This document shows, one piece after another, positions 29,682-43,461 of a stretch of 64,000 nt of DNA. Source of the DNA: the human T2T-CHM13v2.0 reference genome, Homo sapiens; the NCBI RefSeq assembly GCF_009914755.1, contig NC_060933.1; one strand, written 5' to 3'. Positions within the stretch are counted from its first letter, which is position 1; each line of letters starts with the position of its first letter. The notes under the pieces are model-generated. The model had not been told where the DNA came from, made no database searches, and saw nothing but the letters and a program-made list of their open reading frames with translations. The position numbers were made by a program, and so were the translations under genes.

Positions 29682-32519
29682 TAATCTGAACCACTGGATA
29701 ATTTGAAAAATTGAATAAAAAGGAACTTGAGAGAATTGGTCTTTCTACATCTTATGAAGAGCAACTTGAATAAGTTTATTATAGAGCAGTTTTATTTCAT
29801 GAGACTGTTGATATGTGGCCCTAAGTGTCTATTATGTTTTATTTCTTTCACTCAACAGGAGAGCTGATTTTCTTGGTGCACTGGCAGCCAAGATTTAATT
29901 AATTATTTTTACAATGTACATATAATAATATAATAATTGTTTTACATATTATATTCTGTTATTGTCAGTTACAGTACCAGAGCTCATTCTATTATTTCCT
30001 TATAATAGTTGTTCTCTTTTCCACGTCAAACTCTTCTTGGGATTTGAATGTGAAGACCCAGGGAATCTCAGTGATGAGAATTTCTCCTCATTGTTATTAT
30101 TGATGATATTAATAATGATTTCTAATTATCTCTTATTTAACTGCTATGTAGTAGGTGCTTAACAGAGCATTAAATGCACACACACACAAACATGTACACA
30201 TACTCCTTATTATTAGAATGGATGAGTAAAAGAATTGGTTTGAATTTACTCTATCATTAGTAAATCCCTGGGCACACATAATGAAAATAAGAAGAAAAAA
30301 TATGAACTAGTTTAAATAAACCATATGCCAGGTTGGCAAAATCAATCAAAAATGCTTGTTCATTTTTCGTATTTATCTGCTTGGAGAATTGAGAAATATT
30401 CACTCTTATTCGTATATTTTTCAAGGTCTTGTTTAGTGCCACTATTTTCTGAAGCTCATCTTAGAAAAGAGCCGGTCAGGACAATTCTGTTCCTTTAAAG
30501 TCTTCCCTACCACTGTTGCTGAGAAGAAATGTCAGTGCATCTAATTGGTGCCCAGAAGAAAAAGAGCCTTTAGCAAAGTACAAGTATAACAGTGAAAGCA
30601 TAAAGAGAACTATGAACTAGTTTCAAAGAAACCATCTATTTCTGCCTGATTCAATTCAGTTAAAATTTATTGAACACCTGCTATGGAGTAATTATAATTT
30701 AAATATGGACTAATTCTCAAGTATCTTAAAGCCTTGTTTATTAAACAAGATCTGATTCAAGAAAAAGGAGCAATATAAAACAATTTAAAGTCAGCTGATG
30801 ACCATGAATGCAAGAGGTTCTAGGTGCCATCAGAAGGGAGATGGCACCTTTATGGGTAGGAGTGCTTGGGGAAACTGAGGGAGGATGTCAACAGGACTCA
30901 CTGGATGGATGGCATTTTGAAGGCAGAGGGGAAGGAAGGAACAGTCCAACTGAGAGTAAAAATATAAAAAGATTCACAGGTAGGAATGGGCATCATATAT
31001 TCTGGCAGCATGAAGGAAACCAACGTGGTTGAAGTAAAAGTTCATGTAATTGAAGGAGGGTGAGGAGATGAAAGTAAGTTTGGCTAGGATACAATTTGAG
31101 GAGAGATTTGAATCAAATTGAGGAATTTTGATTTTTGTTAGAAAAAAAATATTTGAAAAGATTTCAGTGAAAATGGTAGAGTAAGAACTTCCAAAAATTC
31201 TCTCCTCCATATAAGCAATGAGAAACCTAGAAAAAATTGCCATATTTAGCTTTCAGAACTCTGGAAATTAACCAAAAGCTTACAGCAACCTAGAGAGCAT
31301 TTATTCAAGACAATTGGGTGAATCTCAGTAAGAACAGTGATCTTCATGGCATCTTAACTTCCCTTATTCCTATTCACGTCTTTTCAGCTCTGTGGTAGCA
31401 TTGAAAGAGAGTATCCCACAATCAAGATTAAAACCAGCAGCCTGACAACCACCAGAAGAGACAGAATGGGACTGGACTTCCTCCAAAGCCTCATTCCTGG
31501 GGAATTGTTGTTATTTGACTTGTCTGGTGGGTCCCTGGACCTACTTGCAAGGCGTCTTTTATTTGTTTTAACTCAGAGCTCATCCAGTGAAAAAAAATCT
31601 TTCTCCAAGGGCATTTATCAAAACTATTTAGAGGCAGTTGTTCTACTTTGACACTGCCTGAGGTGGAGATAGCAGTTGGGGCAAACAATAGGCTAGAGAG
31701 TGAGATATCCATAGGGGCTTTGAAATCCTCTGATATATTCCTGGGAATCTATAAGTCCACATACAGATGTAGCCTGTGTGCATGCCAGGAGATTTACACA
31801 TGATCAGTAAAGACCTGAGAAGTCCCTAAATTCTCACTGCTGGATGACCCTGAGGCTCTGTGTAGGCAGGAAATGAAGGCTAAGGCAGAGTTGTCAATTG
31901 TCTGGCTGCATAAAGAAGGCACACTCCAACACAAAGAGTCTTTCAGCCAAGCCTGGAAGACTTATTGGTTACAGGTGTATAAAAAAAAATCTCTGTCCAG
32001 TAATTAGCTTACCAATAAGTTAATTGATCAGAGATATCAGTGGCCACACATGACAGAGAATACAGACTTAACATAATTAGTTCATGACAAGTCACCAAAC
32101 AGAAACAACAAAAAACAAAATCAAACCATGGGGAGAGTGGTTGAATCAGATATCCAGAACAACCACATTATATAATTTAAAATATAAATTTTCAGAAAAA
32201 AATTTAGAGACAGGCAAATAAATAAGAAAGTATAGTCTGTACAAATGAAAAAAATAATCAACAGAAAGTGTCCTTGAGGAAGCCCAGATACTGGATTTAT
32301 TTAACAAAGACTTTAAATTAGATACTTAAAATATGTTTAAAGAGCTAAAGGAAACTGTCTAAAAAGCTAAAAAAGCATAAGAATAAAGTCTTAATAAATA
32401 GAGAGTGACAATAAAGAAATATACATTATGTATAAAAAAACTAAATAGAAATTCTAGAGTTGAAAAGTCAAAATAACCGTATAAAATAATTCACATGATT
32501 TAAAAGCAAATTTGAGAGA

Positions 32520-34785
32520 AAATGGCTTCAAGAGGACTGACCAGACTTGGTACTCACCTCTTCCACAGAGAGGAACCAAAATAGCAAGTAGATAATCACA
32601 CTTTGAATAGATTATCTAAGAAAGGACACTGGAATTCAACAGAGAAATGATGGGCAACACTGAAAGCAAAGGAGAGGGAAGTGAGGTAGCATGTTTGGCC
32701 AGGATTGGCTGCGAGTCTGTAGAAGCTCCCTAATTTGGGGAAAGGGTAAATGAGAGACCCCCAGAGGTCGACATTCCTGCCACAAACTCCTATAATCTTA
32801 GTCACCGGAGAGCCCCTAGGCCCTAGAGGACCTGAAGACTAACATAGGGAGCTGCCTGAAGACCACATGAAGGCATTGGTCTAGAGAGAGAGAGCTCACA
32901 CTGGGTTTCACAAATCCCTAGTCCTAAGAAGATGCATCATGATGCCATTCTGAGAGCCCAGCCCCACCTGACTGTCCTGCCCTTGGGCTCAACAGCTTCT
33001 ATATCTCCACATTCCTGGATCCCCATTGCCCATAGCCACTGCTGTTGAGGGGAGTGAATGGAAGCTATGGGCAGCAACACGCCTTGCCCTCCTCCCAACG
33101 GAGAGGCAGCTATGTATTTCCACATGCCCTGAGGACAAATTCCACTGTCCACAACTGCGGTTGCTCTTGGCTGCTGTGGGCTGAGGTGTAAGAGAAACTT
33201 GAGCCACTCAGCTACCTGCTTACAGCTGCTCCCACTAAAAGCAAGCTTGTCATCTTCTGTGTCAGGCCTGAAGTGCACCTGCTACTGCCCTACCTGAGCA
33301 TTCTGCCGGTGGCCTGGGGATCACCCCACCCCTCCTGCCACACAACTCTGGGGGGTCTGAGGGCGGGTCCACTGGACCTGCTCCACATTCCCAGTACCTG
33401 ACTACATTGTCTGGGTGCCTGGAGCTTGCCCAGCTGAGTCCACCAATGTTGGCACTTGAGCATTCCTCCCAGGGTCTGAGATTGGGCCCATTCACCCTAC
33501 TGATGCCACCACAGCTGGCATCCATGTGCATGCACCACATGTGGGTCTGGGGACTGGCCCATCCAGCCCATTGCAGCCATCACCAACACCAGTGCAAACA
33601 GTTTGGGTCCCAGAGGGTTGTCCTACTCCCACCATTGTTACTTCCATTGCTTATGCCACACCTACTGCCCAGGAGATTGAGAGCTCAACTACCTGCCTGG
33701 CCAATTGCTGCCATTCCCAGCATGCAAGCAAGTCTCCTGGAGGCCCAAGAATCAGCCTACCTGAACCTGCTAACACTGTTGCCAGTATACACTGCCCGAG
33801 GGCCCAGGGACAGGCACACTTAGTTGACAAGGAACACAAGGATTCTCTAATAAGAGATCCAAATCAGAAAGAATTTTTAAAAATTACGGAAAAAGAATTT
33901 AGTTTGACACTAAATAAGCTCAATGAGATAAGAGGATATCGAAAAGCAATACAAAGAAATTAGAAGAACAAATCAGGATATGAATGAGAAATTTATCAAA
34001 GAAATAGATATTACAAAAGAGAACCAAACAGAAAATCTGAAGAATCTGTTGAATGAAATACAAAATACCTTCAAAAGCTTTAACAATAGAATATAGCAGG
34101 CAGAAGAAAGACTCTCAAAACTTGAAGACAAGTCTTTTGAAATAACCCAGTCAGACAAAAATAAAAATGAATGAAAAAGCCTTATGACATATGGGACACC
34201 ATAAAGCAATCAAATATTCAAATTTTTGATGTCTTAGAAGGCAAAGAGAAAATGAAAGAGAAAACATATTTAACAGAATAGTAGATGAAGACTTCTCAAG
34301 TTCACCAAGAAATTTAGATATCTAGATTCAGGAGGCGCAAAGAAAACCAAATAGATACAATTCAATGTCTTCTCCACAGCACATGGCAGTCAAACTGTCA
34401 AAAGTCAAAGACAATGGAAAAACTCTAAAACCAGCAAGAGAAAGTCATCTAGTCACTTATAAAAACCTCCCTCCCGACTAACAGCAGATTTCTCAGCAGA
34501 AACCTTACAGACCAGGAGAGAATGGGATGATAGGTTCAAAGTGTGAAAGAAAAAGAGTGTCGGCCAAGGATACTATAGCCAGAAAAGTTATACTTCTTAA
34601 ACGAAGAAGAAATAAAGTCTTTTCAAGACAAGCAAAAGCTGAGGGAATTCATCAACACTTGAACAATCCTACGAGAAATGCATAAGGGAGTCCTACACCC
34701 AGAAGAGAAAGAACAAAAACTACCATCATGAAAACACATCAAAATATAAGAACCACCGGTAGAGCAAACACACAAACATGAAAGA
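32520..34785 (+). mobile_element. Nested L1 5' portion (L1M2/L1PB-like GC-rich 5' UTR plus decayed ORF1)
   Basis: A new 5' UTR begins GGCTTCAAGAGGACTGAC..; a second ORF1 ends CAAAAGCTGAGGGAATTCATCAAC..; no ORF2, 3' UTR or poly-A. Confidence 0.7.
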
Positions 34786-36815
34786 GAAAAAGATAAAGGA
34801 GCAGAAAGAATACTTGAAGAAATAATGGCCAAAACTTCCCAAATGTGATAAAAACCACTAATCTATAGATCCAAGAATATCAATGACATCATATAGGATA
34901 AACTAAAAAAGAGCCACTTCTAGAAATAAAATAATTAAACTGCTGATAGCCAAAACAAACAGAAAATCTTTAAAGCAGCAAAGTAGAAGCTGCATTGCAA
35001 ATGATGCCTAATAGATTAACAGCCAATTTCTCATCAGGATCCATGGAAGCCAGAGGCAATGGGATGACATATTCAAAGTACTGAATGAAAACAACTGTCA
35101 ATCAAGAGTGTATGTCCAGCAAAACTAACTTTAAAGATGAAGGAAAAATTAAGACTGTCAGATAAACAAAAACTGAAAGAATGTGTCACTAGCAAATCTC
35201 TTGTGTAAGATATAGTAAAGGAAGTCCTTCAGGCTAAAATTAAAGGATATTAGTAACTTGGATCTGCATGAATAAATGGAAAGCATTGGTATGTTGGAAT
35301 ATAAAAGACAGATAAATATATATTTTATTTGTAACCTTTTTCTCCCATGTGATTTATGGGAAACTGCATAGAGTAATAATTATAAATCTGCATTTTGAAA
35401 ATATGTGCAATGTATAAAGATGCCATTTGTGTGACAATAACACCACAAAGAAAAGATGATACAGCTATATAGAATCAAGTTTTTTGTATACTATTAAAAC
35501 TAAGTTCATATTAATTTAAACTAGATTATTATAAATTCAGATGTTAATTGTACTCTCCAGTGGAACTACTAGGAAAGTAATTGAAAAAAAAAGTGTCTCT
35601 TGCCACTTCTACTCAAAATTTGACTGGAGGTGTTAGCCAGGAGAGTTGGGTAAGGAAATAAAAAATAAAAGACATCAAGATTGGGAAGAAAGAAATAAAA
35701 CTCTATTCACAGATGATGTGATTTTTTTTTTTTTGTAGAGAATTCTAAGAAATTCACAAAAAATTTTAAAGCTATAAAAATGAGTTACAAGATTGCAGAA
35801 TGAAGTATCAACATACAAAAATTAATTGTATTTTTGTATATTCATGAGTAATCCAAAAAGCAAATAAAACAATTTTATTTAAAAAGCACAAAAGAATAAA
35901 GTATTTAGAAATAAGTTTGACAAAAGAAGTGTGAAACTTGTATACTGAAAACTAAAAACAGTGTTGAAAGAAAGTTTTAGAAATCTTCAAATTGATGGAA
36001 AGGCATCCTGTGTTCCTAGATTGGAACACTTAATATGGTCATTGACACTAATCCAACATTGACAGACAAAGAGAATCTCTTTCAAAATTGCAGCATAATT
36101 TTTTTTGAATTGACAAGTTGATTTTGACATCCATTTGGAAATTCAAGGGGCCTGAAGAGCCAAAACAATCTTCAAAATGATTGGAGGACTTACACTACCA
36201 AATTTCAAAAGTTACTACAAAGCCTTATACTTAAGACTGTATCATACTAGCATAATGATAGGCATGTAGATTAATGAAATAAAATTCAGCATCCAGAAAT
36301 AAACCCATGTATTTATGGACAAATGATTTTCTACAAGAGTACCAAGACAATTTAGTTGGGGGAAAGAATAGTCTTTGCAACATGTTACTGGGATAGTAGA
36401 GGTCCATATGTAAAAAAAAAATGAAGTTGGACCCCTAACTCATACCATATATAAAAATTAACTCAAAATAGATCAAAAACTTAAATGTAAGAGCTAAAAC
36501 TATAAAGTTCTTAGGATAATACATAACTATAACTCATCATGACCTTTGATCATACAATTACCTTGGATCAGGCAATGGTTTCCTAGATATGATACATAAA
36601 TCGAAACAATTAGTGAAGAATAATACATAAGATTTCATAAAAATTAAAAACGTATTTGTTTTAAAGAGCATTATTAAAAGAGTGAAATGACAGTTTACAT
36701 AATGGGAGAAAATATTTGCAAATTATAAATATTATAAAGAGGTAGTATCAAGAATATTTAAAGAATTCTTACGACTAAATAATATGAAGACAACCTAATC
36801 AAAAATGGGCAAAAG

Positions 36816-37132
36816 GGTTGGGCATGGTGGCTTATACCTGTAATCCCAGCACTTTGGGAGGTCAAGGTGAGAGGATTTCTTGAGGCCGGGAATTCAAGAC
36901 CAGGCTAGAAAACGTAGTGAGACCCCACCTCTACAAAAAAATTAAACAAAAATTTAGCCAGGCATAGTAGTGTGCAGCACTGTAGTCCCAGTTACTTGGC
37001 AGGCTGAGGTGAGAGGATTGCTTGAGCCTGGGAGGCTGACACTGCAGAGAGCTGTGATCTCACCATTGCACTCCAGCCTGGGCAACAGAGCAAGACCCCA
37101 TCTCTAAGAAAAAAAAAAGAAAAGGAAAAAAA
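36816..37132 (+). mobile_element. AluJ-like element inside L1
   Basis: GAGGATTTCTTGAGGCCGGGAATTCAAGACC, GAGGATTGCTTGAGCCTGGG; A-rich tail. Confidence 0.92.
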
Positions 37133-37162
37133 GCGTCAAAAATTTTAATTAAAGATTTCTTC

Positions 37163-37632
37163 TGTGAAAGGAAAATAAATCTTGAGGCCCCCAAATCGCT
37201 AAGCTAAAGGGAAAAGTCAAGCTGGGAACAGCTTAGGACCAACCTGACTCCCATTCTATTCAGGCACTCCTCTGCTCACTGAGATAAATACATATCTGAT
37301 TGCCTCATTTGGAGAGGCTAATCAAAAAACTCAAAAGAATGCAACCATTTGTCTGTTATCTACCTGTGACCTGGAAGCCCCCTCCCCGCTTTGAGTCTTC
37401 CTGTCTTTGCTTCAAGGTGTCTTGCCTTTCCAGACCAAATCAATGTTCATCTTGCATATTTGATTGATGTCTCATGTCTCACTGGAATGTATAAAACCAA
37501 TCTGTGCTCTGAGCACCTTGGGCACGTGTAGTCAGGACCTCCTGAGGCTGTGTTGTGGGCACACATCCTCAACCTTGGCAAAATAAACTTTCTAAATTAA
37601 CTGAGACCTGTCTCAGATTTTCGGGGTTCACA
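37163..37632 (+). mobile_element. MER4A1-like ERV1 solo LTR inside L1 ORF2
   Basis: TGTGAAAGGAAAATAAATCTTG..GGGGTTCACA, 470 bp, TG..CA termini, perfect 4-bp TSD CTTC, internal TATAAAA and AATAAA. Confidence 0.88.
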
Positions 37633-39507
37633 CTTCAAAGAAGATACACAAATGATCAATAATCATCAATAATGTTCAACATCATTAGGCAATAAGGAAG
37701 TACAAATCAAAATCACAGTGAGACACTACTTTATACCCAGTAGGATGCCATAATACAAAAGATGGACAATAACAAGCATGGGCAAGGGTGTGGAGAAGCT
37801 GGAACCTTCATACGTTGCTGTTAAGAATGTAAAATGGTGTAATTTGAAAAACAGTTTGACACTTCCTCAAATAGTTAAAAATGGAGTTACCGTGTTACCC
37901 AACAAATCCACTCCAAGGTAATGCTCATCAAAGATGAAAACATACGTTCACACAATAGCAGAATTATTCATAATAGCCAAAAAGTAAGTACAACCTAAAT
38001 CTCAAATGTCCATCAACCGATAAATGGGTAAACAAAATGTGATATACCATACTGTAAAATAATATTCAGTTATAAAAATGAAGAAAGTACTTACACATGG
38101 TACAGCACAGTTGAACCCTGAAAATATGCTACATGATGGACGCAAGGCAGAAAAGACCACATACTATAGGATTCCATTCATATGAAATGTCCAGAAGGGG
38201 CAAATAATAGAATAAAGATTAGTGGTTGTCAGGGCCTTGGGGAGAGGGTAATGGGAGTGACTACTAAATGGTATGGAGTTTTGGGGATCAAGTTTCAAGT
38301 TTTGGTGGGGACAAACAAACCATATTCACACCGTGGCAAGTCAGGAGGACCCCAATTAGGAAAAGGTTATTGCATCTTGCCAAAAGAGCACTGCGTCAGG
38401 AGTCCACAGTATTTCAAGTTATTTTATGAGAATTTCTGTTCGTAAGCATTTAGTACTTAGCAGTGCTCAGCTATGGAATATGTTGAATACTTTTTTATTG
38501 AAGTTGACGCTAAAAGGCGCATGCTGTAATCTCTAGGTTTGGGTGTGTGGGTCACTTTGTATACTCCAACTCAGAGCATAAATTTCCTCTTCTATAAAAT
38601 AGATTCTTTATGGTGAGAAGCAAATTACATCATGTATAAGAATATTATTTTTATAAAGCCTAATTTATGCAAGGTAGTGCCAATAGTAAGCATAACAATA
38701 ACAAAAATAAAAATAATAGAGGAGACTATGTATCCATAGCTCCAGTACTAGTGGATTGACTTATCATTGAAAAATTTTTTTGCAGGACAAAGCCTACGAT
38801 TTTTTCCAATCACAATTTTGCCGAGTTGACTTTAAATATATTGTAATGTATATATTATATGTTAGGTAATATACATTTTAAAAAACAGATTGGATATTAT
38901 AAATATGTTGGTTATTATCCAATGTATGTTGCATGTTGGCTATTATAGAATTTCCTATATATATGTTTATATATCATATACTTATGTGTATTTATAAATG
39001 TGTGTCCATGCATACACACATACACATATGTATATATGACATAAAACTAAGATAACAAGCATGTTGCTTCAATTTGGTTCAGGGTCTTATCTTACCCAAT
39101 ACTACTTAAAAAATGCTTACATTTTGAATGTGTTTCTGATTTTTATGTGAAAATATAAAAAGCCCCTCTAAGAATAGAAAGCCAGTTCAGGAATGAAACT
39201 TCCTCTCTTGCTTAGAGGGCTGTGTTTTCCTATGCAAATGTAGCAAAGCCCAGAAATTAGCAATGACTGCTAAATTAACACAGTTGAGGAGCTTGGCTGG
39301 TTCTAATAGGCAGTCAAATGGTCTTGTTACATTGTAATGGTGCCAAGCTAATTGAAGTGATTACTGTTGCTCATGAGCAGCCTTTTTGAAGTAGAAGTCT
39401 TTTAAATTATCCATAGACGTTAAATGTCAGACACTATTGTGTAATTATACTTTGTAAATGCTGAATGTCATAAGGCATCACAGGTAATTGAGGTTTACAG
39501 AGAAGAG

Positions 39508-39581
39508 CTTTTTCTAAACCTAATTGGGCATCAACTCTTTGTCACTTTTTCTAAATCTAATTGGGCATCAACTTTTTGTAC
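39508..39581. repeat. Tandem duplication, 2 x 37 bp
   Basis: CTTTTTCTAAA(C/T)CTAATTGGGCATCAACT(C/T)TTTGT twice. Confidence 0.9.
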
Positions 39582-40055
39582 CAGGGGACACTCCAATGCC
39601 TCACAGGCTTCCTTTATTCCCCACCTTCTCCCTGCTAGACTTACTCCTGGGGCCCCACATGTCATGACGGTTCCAAATCATTGAGCTTAAAAACCTCTCT
39701 GTCTGTATCATCCTTTGGAATCTTCTGGGACTGTTACACTGGTTTGGGATATCACAAGCTGAAGCTCTCTGGAAACCTGATGTGGCTAAGTGATGGCAGA
39801 ATGGGGCCATCGGAATGGAATATCAGGTCCTTTAAGATCTTAGAGTGATCCTAGAATATTCTGCACGTTCTGGGATTTGCATCTCTGTGTTGTTGTTGTT
39901 GTTGTGTGTGTGTGATTTTGAAAAGTATCTGTTCGTGATATTAAAAGTTGAGGTTTTCATGGTCCTAAAGTAGCCATCTGTGGTTTGTTCCATTGTTTTT
40001 ATTTCTTAAGTAATATTGGAATATACATCTGGTTTCCAATTTGAAAAGAATTCTA

Positions 40056-40368
40056 GGCCAGGCACAGTGGCTCATGCCTGTAATCCCAGCACTTTAGGAG
40101 GCCAAGGCAGGCAGATCACATCACAAAGTCAAGAGTTCGAGACCAGCCTGGCCAATATGGTGAAAGCCCATCTCTACTAAAAATATAAAAATTAGCTGGG
40201 CGTGGTGGCAGGCACCTATAGTCCCAGCTACTCAGGAGGCTGAGGCAAGAGAATCGTCTGAACCCGGGAGGTAGAGGTTGCAGTGAGCCCAGATGGCACC
40301 ATTGCACTCTAGGCTGGGCGACAGAGCAAGACTCAGTCTCAAAAATAAAAAATAAAAAAAAATAAAAA
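40056..40368 (+). mobile_element. AluS-like element
   Basis: Full dimer; TSD AAAAGAATTCTA/AAAATAATTCTA. Confidence 0.95.
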
Positions 40369-42764
40369 TAATTCTAAAAAGATTTTTTTTTGCTTTTATG
40401 ACAGTAATGCTAATCTTAAGCCATACTTCAGAACCTTCAGATGTCTTGCCTGTGTGAGCCGTGCACTGAGAGGGACCAAACAGCCAGATTGAACTTTTAA
40501 TACAGACCTCAAGATGTCTTGGACTGTGAATCCTCCAGCTTGGCTTGCTGGGAAGATAGACTCGATTTTTGAAATTGTGGCTCGCAGGAAATATACAAAA
40601 AGGCATTCTTATTACATAATTCTTAATACATGTATTCAATTGGTCACCAAATTTTATTAAACTGTTATTATCTCACTGTGATTTCATGACAGGGCCCTCA
40701 TTGTGTGCTTTCAGCAGGTAGCAATTTATGAAAGTCCTAGCTTATTTGTAAAGGTATCTTCATCTGTGTGTGTGTGTTTTTTTTAAAGCATTCATTATTC
40801 TATATGATAAATTGAGTTCTGATTAAAATGTTTCTTCACACACAAGGAGACTATGGGAGAAATGTCAGTTCATGTAGAAAAAAATATGCGTATGTTTTCA
40901 ATACTGTGAAAAAGGAGCTGGGTAGTCTAAGTATATTTCAGCAAGACTGCTGATTTCCAAAGATGGATGCAGAGGTGTTCACATAGATAGTCTTAATGGC
41001 CAGGCCCTGTTAGAGCCTTCAAAGATGTGTTCTCATTCCTTGATTATGTTTTCTTTTTCATTGTGATATTGAAAAGGCAAATTAAATGAGTATTTTTTAC
41101 ATATTACGAGTAGTATACAGATACTTGTCAGAAAGAACACTAAGCAGCAAGTGTAGTTTGTCTGGCATCACTTTTGAAGGTGGCTTTTATGATGTGCCTG
41201 TCAGAGAAGAATAAGGTTCAAGGATGTTATTAAAGTTGTTAAAAGTTTAAAGCACTAATATGCAAGATGCCACATAAAATGTTGAATTAGACATGGTTTT
41301 TGCACCGTGAGCTCATGTATTTCCTCTCATTTTGCTTCTCTCCTGAACAAATTATACTGTTCTTGATAAAATTCTTACCCCTGTGGCTTGGAAATCTTGC
41401 CTTTGTTATCAGTTCATGTTGCCATTGCCCCAGGTATAACAGAGTATCTTAAATTCATGAGGAGAGTATCATTCTTATTGATATGATATTGATGGTTAAG
41501 ATATATAGGACTCATGGTTAGCCACAGATCTGAAGAATTATTCAGTTCTTTATACTTCTCTAGAAATACTCAAAAATAAGCAACAAAGTTTTGGGCTCTC
41601 TATTGTGCAAACACTTTGCATGAATGACAGCTCTGTTGGACTCTGGCCATCCAGCAAAGCCACACATCAGAAAGTGACCACCAATGGTTGGTCGTCATGC
41701 TCCAAGGGCAGGGTTAGCCTTCTTAAGGTCAGGTTATTGCTGGCTTTATGGGTTGTCCATCAGTGCTGCTCATCACTTATTTCCAGCCCTTTGTCCTTAG
41801 GCAGAAAGTGGGCTGTGTTTCCTTGTGGTTGAGTTAGGGCCACTTTACTAATTTTGGCCAAGGAGTTATGAGTAGAAATATTATGTATCATTTTCATATT
41901 GGAGCATTTAGTTGCCTATGTGTGAACTCTTCAGAGCTTTGTTCTGTTTATGTGACTGGCAATATTCGGGATGATTATTGTTCTATCAGCAAGAGAGAAG
42001 AGACCTCAGTCAGCCCCCAGCTGACTCTTAGGATATGTTGGATAAATAAGAGATAACATTTGTTATTATTGGGCTTCTTATGGCAACATAACTTAGCCTA
42101 TCTGGTCAATACACGATAGCTAGGCCAGTCATTCACGTAGGGCCTATATCAGTGGTTACAGATGTCAGTGCACATGACACCCAAGATGAGTGACTGAGGC
42201 AGGCAGGACATAAGAAAAAAAAAAGACTGACTTGCTTTGTTTGCATGTCAAACATACAAGCATATTCCTTGCCTTTACAAAGGCATTATTCTAATTGTTT
42301 TTACTGAGCAGTCTTTTTGGTATATCTTTTGATTTTTCTCCTTTGGTAGAACAATAGTCCCAGCAGCTGTTTTCCTACTAGCTGTAAAACAGCAGTCAAG
42401 CATGATGATGAATGACTATTGACACTCACTTTCAGAGTTGGGGACACCATAGGAAGGGTGATGACTATGGCAAATTGGACTACACAAGTCCTGCCTAAAG
42501 GAGGCAACTGATTTTACTTAGTCCAGGGTCATTTCTGACCTACAAGAATGTGAGCAGAGGATTCCCAGGTTTTATGATTTTCTAGGAGAAGCTTGAAGTT
42601 AAGATTTTATGTGAAATGTTCTAATATTGAAATAATGGTCAATTTTTAAAATCATTCTGAGGACAAATAAAATATATCATAATACTGGCAGTTTATAGGC
42701 TTTGGCCAAGTGCCCTGCACCCTGTAATTCCCAAGCTAATATCCAAGTGCCCCATAGCCTGTGA

Positions 42765-43100
<336 letters not shown>

Positions 43101-43299
43101 AAAGAGTTTACATCTTACAAATAGGACAAACGTATGTCAATTGGCAATGTAATAATAACAGAATAATCACAAGCTACTAGCAGATATCTGTTGATTACCC
43201 ACTACCTGTTCAACACCTTGCTAGCAGCCATGAGGAATACTGAAAAAATACAGAGAATGGGCCCTGACTTTGTGAACTCATGATCTAGTTGGGCAAAAT

Positions 43300-43460
43300 A
43301 ATCAAAAGAAACAATAACAACATAGGAAACAAAAGCAACAATATAAGAAATGAAAAGAGACAATAACAATATAAGAAACAAATGAAAAGAAACAATAATA
43401 CTATATGAAATGAAATATAAAAATTAAAAGAAAAAATATAAGTAAAAAAGAAACAAAAGC
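43300..43460. repeat. A-rich degenerate minisatellite (~26-30 bp unit)
   Basis: AAAAGA(A/G)ACAATAACAATATAAGAAA-like unit recurs 3-4 times. Confidence 0.6.
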
Positions 43461-43461
43461 A

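Larger units (their letters stand above)
31160..38290 (+). mobile_element. Old L1M element (5' UTR, ORF1, partial ORF2 RT, 3' UTR), decayed and multiply interrupted
   Basis: ORF1-like sequence at 34790-35240; RT remnants (decayed PLLFNIVLEVLA ~35600; F-T-D-D-V-I for FADDMI ~35706); ORF2 C-terminus and 3' UTR at 37633-38290. Confidence 0.8.

Noticed and set aside
32937-33963. Cluster of 90-145 aa ORFs
   Set aside because: They lie in the GC-rich 5' UTR of the nested L1, where stops are rarer; no recognisable domain.
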